A stretch of 58,544 nt of DNA, the filler included, from Stramenopiles sp. TOSAG23-6 (taxonomy: Eukaryota), in the NCBI GenBank assembly GCA_900128565.1. It is 19 parts of 19 records of this genome, joined end to end, with 100 filler letters (N's around TTAATTAATTAA, not from the genome) between each part and the next. Parts side by side here need not be neighbours in the genome. Positions count along the whole stretch, not along the records: positions 21,951 to 29,197 come from LT636588.1; positions 29,298 to 36,541 come from LT636589.1; 17 more parts are not named here. One strand, given 5' to 3'. Below the pieces are notes generated by a model, which saw nothing but the letters and a program-made list of their open reading frames with translations, had not been told where the DNA came from and did not search any database. This document shows positions 23,348-35,264 of this stretch, piece by piece. Made by a program: the position numbers and the translations under genes. Within the stretch, counting starts at the first letter, position 1; every line of letters starts with the position of its first letter.

Positions 23348-26300
23348 TCACAATTTACGTCGAAGTCTTGTGGATCGTACATGAATTATGAAAAAATATT
23401 TCAAAAAAAAAACTAAAATTTGTTAGGTACAACATTTCGTACGAAAAAATAAATTAGATAAAAAATTGAAATGAAAACGTACACTTATTGCGTGTGCCAA
23501 TTCAAGTTCCGACTCCATAGACCAACGTTCTGAACGTCTTGCCAATTCTATTTTTGCTTCTCTAATACGTTTCAGTTTGATCATAAATATATCTTCTAAA
23601 ATTTCCAATTGTGACTACAGTGTGAAAAAAATATTATTTTTGAGGAAAAAAATCGTTAGGTACAAAATTTCGTACGAAAAAAAAATAATTTGAAATTCAT
23701 AATGAAAACGTGCCTGACTAAGATGTGAAAAATTAGCCGAATTTATGTCAATTATATCCTCTAACTGTAATGCTGTAGCAACTGCTTTTGGATGTGATTC
23801 TTCTAATTTATTTTGCAATGACAAAAGTCTCTCACTTGTTGTCGTTCTGGAGTCGTTACACTGAGGATGAACTTTTCCAAACTTTGGTCGAATTCGATAT
23901 CCCAAATGATTCTGGAATATATTGGACTTGATTCCCCCAAACCTAAGCTTTTCACTAAATGTACTCGTTATAGATCTTGGATTATTTCCATGCCATTTAG
24001 AGCTAGAATTACTCACATGCATTAAATTACTTGAACTTGTGGTAATGAGGGTATCTACTGATGGATTCTCCTTCCTTGATTTGTTATTTATTGATGTCGA
24101 AAGATATTGATTAAATAGCCTAGGTGTTGATGTATAAGACCCAGAACTACTATAGAGTTTACTATTGTTACCTTTTACATTATTAAATGTGGACTTCGCG
24201 CTCATTACNCGAAATTCATTTGGTAATGTNGAAGGTCGCAACTTGCCATTATTCGAAACTAAATCTCTTTGAGATGAAATTCCTAAATTGCGAATAAAAC
24301 GAAATCCTTTAGAATTGTCTGGCCCTTTTGAGTATCGAAGCTCACTTGAATATTTGTTTTTGTTGTTTCTGCTACGTAAATCTTGTTCAGTTTGGTTATN
24401 ATTCCAAAGTGACTTTGAACTTTGTTTCCTATTTGTCATTGAATGTTCAAATTGATGAGACTGTTGTGCTATAGATGACATACTTAAAGTAGAATTATCA
24501 AAAATATTTGATTTTTCAAATGCTGTAGACTCCAATTCATCATTATGNACTAAGTCAATATCTTGTACGTCATTTTGTTTATGGACTAAGTCAATATCTT
24601 GTACGTCATTTTGTTTACTATGATTCGGTTTACTATGAATGAGTTTACTATGATTTGGTTTACTATGATTGAGTTTACAATGATTCAGGTTACTATCATT
24701 TAGTTTACAATGATTCAGGTTACCATCATTTAGTTTACTATCATTTAGTTTACAATGATTCAGGTTACTATCATTTAGTTTACTATGATTCGGTTTACGT
24801 AGTGACACCAAATTAGGCTTTTGTTGCTGATTTGGANCTGCCTTGCATTCACGTNTCTGCTCTATTCGAAAGTTTTCCTGATTAAACTCTTCATTTTGTA
24901 CTACTTCAGAAAACTTCGTGACAGACCTGCGACGTTTTTCAATATTAGTCCGTTCGTCCATATTATCAATATTACCAAAATCTTTTTGCTTTTTCAATCC
25001 TCGTTTTACAACTTGCATCCAGCCAGTCATTTCATCTTTCCTATTACCTAATGTAACTGCATGCAAATTTTTCTTTGGTGTTGGTTTTGGCACAGGAACC
25101 GGATGACTTGCTGAAGAGAGATGCAATCTACCAAGAAAGGACATTGCATATAAATTACTGCTATCTATGTCCGCATCAGCACAATGCTCCATTTCACTAT
25201 CTTCATCTGAAATTATATCTGATTCTTGATCATTTTCACCCCTCTCATCAATAATGTTGTCTTTGATACCTTTTTGTTTTGTTTCTTCTTTATTTGCTAT
25301 GTTTTCTCCCGTATTTTTCTGTATTCCTTCTTTATTTTCTAGCTTTACACATTGATTGATATCCATCTGTTTATTTGCATTCTTACAAATATTTAAACTA
25401 TCTTTCTTACAAACATTTAAACTATCTTTAGTTTCATTCCGTACTCTTTCACTGTTCTCCTCTTTTGTACCATGAATTTCTTTAAAAACACTACTATTTA
25501 CGATGGGATTTCCATTGACATCTACATGAGTAAATGTGTGTTCGATATTATGAATAGCATTGGATATTGTATTGCTTGTTTTTTTTTCATTTTCAGATTT
25601 TTGCTGCTCTCCAAATTTGTGATAACATGTATTTTGGAAAAATATTTCAAAAAAAATCGTTAGGTACAAAATTTCGTACACTACACAAATCAAAATCAGA
25701 ACACACATCACATTTAAATCTAGATCCGCAAAGATCTGGTACAGCAGCTGTTACATCCATACTATAACAACCATCACATGTTACTCCAATATGAATATCA
25801 CTTCCAGAACTACTTTTACGATAGCAACTATTTGAAGTATTTGATACTTTTTTCTTAATTTTTTTCTTGCTACCTTTTTTATTTCCTTTTTTTCCATTTT
25901 TCTTTTTACTTTTTTTCTTTTTTTTATTGCCAGTAGAACTTTTATTTTCATCGCTTATACCAAAAATAGCCAACATTTTGCTCGCAGATTCCTTCTCCAG
26001 TTTTTGCCACTCTTTTTTAAGTAGATAAAAACATTTTTCACCAGGTACAAGATTTGTTTTATCATCGATTTCCATAATAGATCTGCCAAGTATATTGTTT
26101 TGTCTAGAATGTCTATTACTATGATTGAAATTCTTTTTTTTCGTTTTGTTTCCACAATCAAGATTTTGAAGCTGTAACTGATTTTGAATGTCTTCAAGAG
26201 CAGTTTGGCCAAAATTATTTCGAATTGTTATATCACAACCAAACGAAAGCAAGACTTTCAANCAAGCTGGCAATTGAAAAGATGCTGCTAAATGTGCAGC

Positions 26301-26999
26301 TGTAGCACCATCACGATCTTGCATATTACACAGCATTTCGGTTCTACTTTGACTTTGTTTTGTTTTGTTTTTTTCAGACCAANTTAGAAGAATTTCAACA
26401 ACTTTCGCTTTTTTTTTATCCTCTTCAGATGAAACGATAGAAATTTCATCAAATGTGTCATTTTCTTCATTCATTCCTAAATCACTCATCATTATAACAC
26501 ACATTACAGTTGTTACTCCATCGTGATTAGACATCATTGGGTCAGCTCCATGCTGTAAAAGACAATCTACAAAGTTCGCATCACCTTCAATGCAAGCCCA
26601 AGAGAGAGCAGTATCTCCATTTAAATTTCTAATACCAACAAGTTCCGGTGCTGATTTGCATAAGAGTTTTAATGTTTCAACATTACCACTTCGACAGACC
26701 ATATGAAGCGCAGTGCATTTTTCACCAGTCGTTTTCAAAAACAAATCAGCATCATGTTTGAGTAACAGTGATAAGCACTCAGTAAAGCCTTTTGCAGACG
26801 CTACCATTGCAGCAGTAAATCCATCATCATCTGCAGCATTTACATTTACTGGAACACGACCACAGTAAGTTGGCAATCCGTTCTCCAACATATCTCTTAA
26901 AGCTTCTACATTATTGTCTTCACAGAACTGAAATAGCTCTGGTTCCTCACACAAAATTTCACGGACGGTCTCTTGGCCCAGATTGTGAGGACTTCCCAT
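23348..26999 (-). CDS. Ankyrin-repeat + ZZ zinc-finger protein with a long disordered C-terminus (multi-exon)
   Basis: Ankyrin repeats (G.TA....A...G), ZZ finger H.GVTCDGC...RFKCDVCSDFDLC..CY; introns near 25631-25679, 23615-23713 and 23381-23482. Confidence 0.75.
23381..23482 (-). mobile_element. GT-AT repeat intron (102 nt)
   Basis: GTACGTTTT...TTTCGTACGAAATGTTGTACCTAAC...TTTCATAATTCAT. Confidence 0.7.
23615..23713 (-). mobile_element. GC-AG variant of the repeat intron (99 nt)
   Basis: CAG|GCACGTTTT...TTTCGTACGAAATTTTGTACCTAAC...TTTCACACTGTAG|TCA; in-frame join HLSQ|SQLEILE. Confidence 0.7.
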
Positions 27000-27338
27000 A
27001 ATAAAACTTTGATAGATGCACTTCTTATACTTTACTTCCTCTGTGTGAAGCCTTTCAACACTTTTGATGAAATGTAGACAATGACAAGTATAATGGCACA
27101 GCTATTTCAATGTTGAATATTTGATGAACACTAGTAGGGTTGTTTTCTAAAATGAAGACTCTTATCACTGACTACATTTACATTACCCGGTAACGTATTT
27201 TGAAATTCATTTTCGAAAACAACATCATTATTATCATTTCAAATGATTTTCAATCCATGAATTCTTTCGTTCATTTTCAAAAAACAACAAATGAATAACA
27301 CACACACACACAACAATGATCACACTATTCATAAATAA

Positions 27339-28382
27339 ATGATTGCTTTATCAAAGAAAAGCTTAAGCGAAGCATTGCTCGCTTTCCCCTCATGCTGCAG
27401 TGATACTAAACTAAAAGTTGTGAACAAAAATATCCAGATCATTGACTGCTTACCTCGTGGTTTTGATTTCCTTACGAGCGTATCTCATATTTATCTCAGT
27501 TGTAATAATATTCAGTCCTTAGTTGGTATTGAGCAGTTTCCTTCAATAGAAACTTTATCAATTGCGGATAATTTTATAGAAGATTTTCGGGAGCTACGTG
27601 TTCTACAACGTGCTCCGTTGCTTCGTTCACTAAACCTTGAAGGTAATCCTATAACTAGATTCGTAAACTATCGACCTCGAGTATTGCAGTTATTACCAGG
27701 ATTGAAAAGTCTCGATAAAGTTATTGTAGACGAAAGAGAAATAACGCGATCACTTAAAATTATGCAATCGGAAGCTATTCATATGAGAATACTATTTGAA
27801 AACGAGTGTACAATATATGTTCTGAAACGCCAACTCATTATGAAGTCTTTACACCTAAACTTGAAGAAACGTGTAAGAATGAATAGAAGAAGGAATACTG
27901 CCTTGGATAATAACTGTACTATCATGGACATCACACTATTCTTGAGATTGTGTGAATATTCGGAATTTGCACGTTCCATCCCTTTTTTATATGATACTAT
28001 TTGTTCGCAAATATTTAGGTGTGTTACACAACTTTGGTCTTCAATGAAGAAAAGTAAAGTAAAAAAAAATAGAAAAAATAATCCACTTTGGTCTAGCGCG
28101 TTTCATGAATTGAGGGAAATTCAAGAAAGTGCAATTTGTGATATGAAAAGATCCATTGAGAAAGAACTATTAAAATATTCAAATGAAAGCGAAAATTGTA
28201 CTGAGAAACAGATGCAAAAAAAGGATTTCTCTGTTAAAACGAAACCAATGAATTTACATGATGGTATTAATAATAAGCGTAGGGTATCTACATTCAAAAA
28301 AATAAATACGTATGATACAAAAATGATTTATACTAACAATAAAACAAATATATACTGCAAATTTTCTGACGGGAAAAGGTGA
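27339..28382 (+). CDS. SDS22/U2A'-type leucine-rich repeat protein
   Basis: LxLSCNNIQSL, LSIADNFI, LNLEGNPI....YR..V...LP.L..LD LRR cap. Confidence 0.8.
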   Translation: MIALSKKSLSEALLAFPSCCSDTKLKVVNKNIQIIDCLPRGFDFLTSVSHIYLSCNNIQSLVGIEQFPSIETLSIADNFIEDFRELRVLQRAPLLRSLNLEGNPITRFVNYRPRVLQLLPGLKSLDKVIVDEREITRSLKIMQSEAIHMRILFENECTIYVLKRQLIMKSLHLNLKKRVRMNRRRNTALDNNCTIMDITLFLRLCEYSEFARSIPFLYDTICSQIFRCVTQLWSSMKKSKVKKNRKNNPLWSSAFHELREIQESAICDMKRSIEKELLKYSNESENCTEKQMQKKDFSVKTKPMNLHDGINNKRRVSTFKKINTYDTKMIYTNNKTNIYCKFSDGKR

Positions 28383-28636
28383 ACACCAACAACATAGCTC
28401 TATATGCTTGGAAACGCAAGCATTTCCAAATGCACCAAACCAACATGAATTTCCAAATTGTATCCTTCAACCTGGTGATACCTATGACCACCACACGTTG
28501 TATAGATTTAGTTATGCAACATAATTTAATTGGGGTTAGGGTTGTAAGCACTACATAATAAATAGATGTAGTTATCTAGCAACTTGATCTAATTTTATTG
28601 ATATCGAATTTTTAACATGAAATATCGCAAAATATG

Positions 28637-29143
28637 TTACATATTTAATCGTCTCAATATTCGTGCATGAACTTGCTCAATTTCGAAAGCAACGTCATTT
28701 GAATGTTTGGGAGATTTTATAATAAATCCATTATTTTCTTTTGTATACTTTGGAGATTGTTTTACTTTCTTCAAATACTTCCAAATGAGCCACGCATTTT
28801 GCACTTTTGTTAAATTTAGATTCCGGAATTTTGTTTTGAGGATACAATTCAAATTTTTGAAACATTTCAAAGTTTTTTGTCTTTCAACAAATAATTTCCA
28901 CAAAATCAATGCTGATCGTATTTTACACTTTCTGAAGATATTAAATATTTTACATTTTTCTGAAAAAACAAACAATTTCCAGTGAGTCATCGCTATTCGT
29001 ACACTACGGACATTGAACCAATTAATCAGATACTTCCGCTGTAAGTTTTCAGTTTCTTGATTTTCTTCAGCTATGTTTTTAAGTTTTTCCTTCCAAAATA
29101 TTTCATTTGACTTTATATTGTGTTGAACTATTCTACCAGTCCT
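28637..29143 (-). CDS. Hypothetical protein, last exon (Sfi1-like W-repeats)
   Basis: Open frame after repeat-intron acceptor 29144; repeated A...WK motifs. Confidence 0.45.
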   Translation of the reverse strand, partial: RTGRIVQHNIKSNEIFWKEKLKNIAEENQETENLQRKYLINWFNVRSVRIAMTHWKLFVFSEKCKIFNIFRKCKIRSALILWKLFVERQKTLKCFKNLNCILKTKFRNLNLTKVQNAWLIWKYLKKVKQSPKYTKENNGFIIKSPKHSNDVAFEIEQVHARILRRLNM

Positions 29144-29297
29144 ATGTATTTTGGAAAAATATTTCAAAAAAAAAAAACTTAAATTTGTTAGGTACAANNN
29201 NNNNNNNNNNNNNNNNNNNNNNNNNNNNNNNNNNNNNNNNNTTAATTAATTAANNNNNNNNNNNNNNNNNNNNNNNNNNNNNNNNNNNNNNNNNNNN

Positions 29298-30866
29298 ATC
29301 AACATTATCAACATTATCAACATTATCAACATTATCAACATTTTTATCATCATCAACATTATCAACATTATCAACATTATCAACATTATCAACATAATTG
29401 TCGTTTCTATTATTTCTATTGAGACTATTAGGGTTAGGGATACTATTTAGTGACGTCATTTCTTCATAATTTAATGGTCCAACTTTATCAAATAATTTGA
29501 CAAACGATTGATGGCATAATTTCTGTTGCTTTTTTACTGTCTTTATATCTTCTTTTTCTTGTATAATTTGTCTAGGGTTAGGGTTTTCTGTAGGATTTAT
29601 TGATTTTTTTTGAATATTTTTTGAATATTTTTCTTCCAAATGTTTCAACTTTGTAGTAGAAGGATTCAAGTTTGTTTCATCTATTTCTTCAAAATCATTT
29701 GCTGTATTTGTATATGAAGATGACTGGGTATCATCCGACACCAAAATTTTACTAAAAAAATTGGATATTAATTTATGAAATGTAAAAAATATATTTTTTT
29801 TTGAAATAATTTTTTTTGTTAGGTACAAAATTTCGTACGAAACCAAAAAAAAATTAGGGTTAGGGTTTAAAAAAAAAACGTACATGCTTCATTGTCTTTC
29901 TTCTCCATCGAGTTGTGGCCCATAAAACTGATAATTCTTTAAGATCATCCTCAGTAGATAAATCTATTTGTTCCACTACTGCACTTTGTACTAAAAATTT
30001 ATCTGGTTTTCGGTGAAAAAATGTCGAATCTTCAGAAAGTTGTGTAATCAATTTTCGTACTTGACTTTTTCGTATTATTAACTTTTTCGTGAAGAAATAT
30101 TTATATATATATTTTGTATACAGTTAGATATAATATTTTGTTTTTTAGTCGAAAGTGTAAAAAACAAATCTTTTTTGTTTAGGTACAAGATTTTTCTAGA
30201 AGAAAATAACAACAAAAAATAGTACATTTGAATTTTTGTACTAAAAAAAAAAATCTTTTTTGTTTTTTTGTTTTTTTGTTTAGGTACAAAATTCACTACG
30301 AAAAAAAATTAGAAAAAAATTAGAAAAAAAAAAAAAAAACGTACTTGAATTTCAATCCATTTTTTTGGACCTACAATTCCCATCGTTGGATGAACTTGGT
30401 ATCTCTTTGGCATTGTTGTTTTAATTTTGAATGCTAATGATTTACTGGGTAGTTTATTTTCGAGTAAAAGTCTACCGATGGCCATTTGATCTTTTTCTAA
30501 AGCAAAATCAATTTCAAAATTTGGAGATATTCGGAGTGAATTAGGGTTAGGGTTATTTGGCTTTCTAATTGATTCAAACGTTTTTGTTCTTTGTCTAAGT
30601 CTTTTTTTAGTTAGAGGGTTATTATATTTTGTTTCTTTATCACTTTGTATTTCAATGTCTTTAATATTGTTGGTTGTTTTGTTTGTGTAATCTTGTTTAG
30701 TTTCGTTTGCAGTTACATTTGTTCTTATATCTTTTACTACTTGAGGGTTAATCGTATTATTTCGTTCATTTTGAGTGCTAATTGTATTATATGGTTCATT
30801 ACACTCTGACTCGTCAGGGACAGCACTTTTTGAAGTGCTTACAGTAGACTGTATGCTTTGAGACAT
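29298..30866 (-). CDS. MSP (VAP-like) domain protein, 3' partial
   Basis: L.N.....LAFKIKTT.PKRY.V.P..G.V and DKFLVQS; introns 30082-30344 (GT-AG) and 29775-29883 (GT-AT). Confidence 0.8.
29775..29883 (-). mobile_element. GT-AT repeat intron (109 nt) containing a CCCTAACCCTAA insertion
   Basis: CAT|GTACGTTTT...TTTCGTACGAAATTTTGTACCTAAC...TTTACATTTCAT|AAA; in-frame join. Confidence 0.75.
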
Positions 30867-31900
30867 GATGTACAGTATTATATTTATGTATATAACAAGG
30901 TATAGACAATATTCAAAAGAATAAATAACTTAAATTCAAAGATTTAACGATAACAAGACAACACCAACCGTTAAAACAATAAATTCACTTTCATTGTTGT
31001 TGTTTTGTGTATTGCTTTATGGTTACCGTACCATTGAATTACCCGTCCATGTATATTTGTAGATATATACAATATCTAGTATATGAACTATAGTGTTACC
31101 TCTATAGTAATCAAGGAGAAGTGAGTTGTTAGTTTCTTTTGCTACCTAGTAGTAGTTCGTACACAAAGGACCTAAAAAGCAATGTTAACATTTTTTTTCA
31201 AAACGGTTTCAAAAAAAAAAATTTTAACGGCCATCCAAAAATTCTCAAAAAAAAATCCTATTTTCAGATTTCGTCGCTCAAACTTAAGTACAAATTTCCG
31301 TACTAAAATTTATTCTTCAAATAGAAAATTGTACTCTACTTCCGTGTCCTCAAAGTACAGTATAAAAGTTTGAATTTGTCGTGTGAGATTCCATACCATT
31401 TTTTCGTACTTGGAAAAAAAATTGTTGTATATATTGTGGAATTCCGTATTTCGTATGAAAAAAACATAAATTCGAAATTGAAAAAAAATAACCCTAACCC
31501 TAATACTAAATTTAAATTGAAAAAAATAGTACTAATAAAAAGATACAAAAAAAATGCGAAATTTGTTTTATTTTTTATTTATATAAAACACCATAAAAAT
31601 GGTCTAAAATAAAAGCAGACATGCCTACTAAGATAAGATAGAAAAAAAATGCAAAATTATTTTTTACAATTTTTGGGAGTTTTTGGTATATTCGATTAAG
31701 CATTTTATGTATGCAGGGTATTTTTGAGCATATATTGTGAAAAAATATTTTTTGTTTTTTTTTTTTTTCTTAAGTACAAAATTGTATACAAAAAAAAAAT
31801 ATTTGATAAAAAAAAAAAAAAANATTTTTTTTTTNTNANGTACAAAATTGTATACGAAAAAAAAATATTTGATAAAAAAAATGAACTTTCAAAAACGTAC

Positions 31901-32858
31901 AGGAAGCACAAACTTTTTCAGAATCTTCTAAAGTTCTCATAACATCTATTAACTATGATATTGAAAATATTTCAAAATATCAATTTTGTTGTTAGGTATA
32001 TAAATTTCATAGTTAAAAAAAAAAAAAAAAAAAAAAATCTGTTTTCGTTTTCTATGAAAATTTCGTATGAAAAAAAAACAAATTCATGATGAAAACAAAC
32101 ACCTTCAACACTATTATTTTCCTTAAATGCAATTGTAGTTTCAATGCCATCAACCAAGAGATCTGTCACTTCAGTAGCCACTTCTTGCAAGACTTCATTC
32201 ACTGTGAAAAATATTTTTTTTTTTTAGTAAAAAAAAATCGTTAGGTACAAAATTTCGTACGAAAAAAAAATCGAATTTCAAAAAATTAAAACATACGTCT
32301 TCCTCCAGCTCTTCTTTTGTTTTATCTTTATTTTCTTTTAAATGTGTTTTTTGAACAATTGTAGTTGTACCAAATATAAAATCTTTTACGCCAATAGAGT
32401 ATACATGATATTTCAAAGAATTATTTTTTTTTTGTTAGAATTTTAAAATTTAATTTTTTTTTTTTTTTACTATGAAAATTTCGTACCAAACCAAAAAACC
32501 AAAAAACCAAAAAACCAAAAAAAAAAAAAATTGTAAAACAAACATACACATATCCAACATCAAATAAATCTTTCACTGCTCTAAATGCTTTAATTAGATC
32601 TAATATACCATGCTTATTATCTTTTTCTTTAAATGCTGTAAACGCAGCTAAACTGTCTCTTGCAGCATCAGCAGCATCAATACTCATATCTCTTAAAACA
32701 CTTTCCGAAAGCTCCGATGCTGTGTTGTATGAAAATATTTAAAAAAAAAAATTTGTTAGGTACAACATTTCATAGTAAAAAAAAATCATAGTAAAAAAAA
32801 AAAAAAAAAAAAAAAAAATTTTTTTTGTTTTTTTTTTGGGAAAAAATTTTTTTAATGT

Positions 32859-32890
<32 letters not shown>

Positions 32891-33339
32891 TTTTTTTTTT
32901 GAAAATTTGTTAGGTATGAAATTTCGTATGAAAAAAAAAATTTAATTTTTTTTTGGATATTCAATGATACAATCTAACATACATTATGTAAATCTTCACC
33001 TAATTCATTTAATTCCCCTTGTTGATGCGGAATAGTAGGAAAAGGAGTTACATTTTTTGTGTCATCATTTGTTTCAATTTTATTAGGGTTAGGGTTTTGA
33101 ATATTTTTTGTTTCTTTTGTTTCTTTTGTTTCTTTTATTTCTCTGACTTCATTAGGGTTAGGGTTTCTTATATTTTTTTCATTGAACATTTCACGTTTTT
33201 GTTTTTCGTTATATTTTGTTTCATCTTTGTTTTGAAAATTGTTTCTTGTATCATATAATCTACATGATTTCGTGTGGAGCACACTAGGGTTAGGGTTAAA
33301 GTTCGAAATTGTTGACATTTTTTTATTCATTCGATTCAT
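31901..33339 (-). CDS. Hypothetical multi-exon protein interrupted by at least 5 repeat introns
   Basis: Short exons between donors at 32982, 32549, 32296, 32100 and 31900; no family recognised; 3' end unresolved. Confidence 0.45.
32197..32296 (-). mobile_element. GT-AT repeat intron (100 nt)
   Basis: GAC|GTATGTTTT...TTTCGTACGAAATTTTGTACCTAAC...TTTCACAGTGAAT|GAA; in-frame EED|EVLQ. Confidence 0.65.
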
Positions 33340-33364
33340 ATTTCTGTTGTGACACTTTAATATT

Positions 33365-34871
33365 CTATTGTTTAGAAAAAAAATATCAAAAAGAACAAAT
33401 AACAGAATGCATAATAATATACATGCTTCCCAACGTAAATCGGTTACTAATAGTATACTAGCACCAAGTATATATATTGTGAAAAATATTTTTTTTTTTT
33501 TTTTTTTTTAATATTGTTTTGTTAGGTATGAAATTTCGTATGAAAACNAAAAAAAAAAAAAAAAAACATTGTATTTTAAATTCGAAATTCGAAATGACAT
33601 ACGTGCGGTGGCCATAAAAAACTGAAACGTGTTGTTTGTAATATATTTGGTGTTGATGACGTCATTTTTTTACTCATCAAAATGAAATATTTCGTGTATT
33701 TTTCTTGTTCATCATTTTTTTTTCGATTAGGGTTAGGGGTAACATAAAATTTCTTTGAGATATTTTGAATTTCGAATTTACTTTTCTGAAATATTTTCAC
33801 AACATTTTCAAATGGATGAGAGATAATATTAATGTACTGAATGTTATAGACAAGATTCAAATTATAAGCAAAAAAAGATATAATATTACCTCTATATGCA
33901 TTATAAAACTGTGTCGAATGTTCAGGAAAAAAAAATGAATTGTTCTTGATTTCGTGATTAGTGTTCTCTTCATCAAAAAAAACAGTTTTTTCTAATTTTT
34001 CATCATTATTATCATTATTATCATTATTGTACAGTAATAGATGACTAATAACCATTATGACAAGAGTAAGTTGTGTACAGAAAAATAATCGACGATAACT
34101 TTTGCTTTTTTTTATGCCCTTAACCCTAGCATGACTTGTACCAATATTTTTTTTAACGTTAGTGCGGATTTGTGAATCATCTTTTACCGTTGCTGTTGTA
34201 GAGGTAGGATTACTCATTCCATTATTTTTCCCTTTTTGAATAGTATTTATTGTAGACGTGAAATATCGACCATTGTTTATACTTGGCCGTTGTTTTGATT
34301 TTGTATTGTATTTTTGAGTGTTACGTTGACGGAGGGTACTCACTTGATTTTTTGAAGAATTTGAAATATTTGATTGACCCGACGAAATAAAAGAGTTATA
34401 ACTAGCGTGAATATTAGATGCACTTGATGAAGTCTCTGAGAATTTACTCTTCTTGAACCTGTCGGATGGATCACGTAAAGTAGATGCAGATGTTGCACGT
34501 TTTGTTTCAGATTTTTGTAGGTGTAGTTTTGGCTGTTTTTGAATGGGACGGAAAGACTTATTCTCCTGTTGCTGTTGAGTATTTCTCCAATTTAAAAGAT
34601 TTTCATCGCTATCGAAGAATGCTTCATCATTACTACTTACAGAGTCTTCTTCACCTTTGTGTTGTTTTTTTATTTGAAAGCCGAAGTTTTCTTTCGTTTG
34701 TTTTTTTTCGTCAGAGTCTGAACGCGGTGAATTCTCATTGAAAAAATTTGGTTTCAGCTGTTTTGAAGAACTTAGCAGATCCTTTGCTACTCCAATAATA
34801 AAAAAGAATAACGGAATACACATCAAGTATAGTACGGTTTTCCATAGTATTTGCAATACATAGGATAACAT
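33365..34871 (-). CDS. Hypothetical membrane protein; GT-AT intron 33472-33602
   Basis: 431-aa ORF with TM segments; splicing adds a hydrophobic tail ILGASILL...FFSKQ*. Confidence 0.55.
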
Positions 34872-35264
34872 TGTTTACATGTAGAGAGAGGACTAAAAGT
34901 TTAAAACAAAAGATCAGTATTGTATTCTCTCTCTCCAAGAAAAGATTTTCTTCTCTTCCTCCCGAGTCAAACAAACTGTCGTGTGTCGCTTTAAGTATAA
35001 AATTTTCGTACAAAATGAAAAAACAAAATGAAAAACGTCAAAACAAAAATTTTACAATCGAATCTCTGACCAATTTCACCCCTTGATGAGATTTTGCGAC
35101 CAATTTTTAAATTGTAAATTGGAATATTTTTTTAGCTTTTTTGATCTCTTTTTTTTTGACTAGTACGCCTTAACCACCTTTAATAATAAAGTCCAGCATC
35201 TAAAAGTGCATACACAAGGTTGGATATTTGACGGTTTTGTGTAGATTATATATGGAAGTAAGAC

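Noticed and set aside
30900-33000. Many short K/F-rich ORFs in the ORF track, and antisense ORFs elsewhere
   Set aside because: Translations of homopolymer-rich introns, intergenic DNA or the opposite strand of real genes
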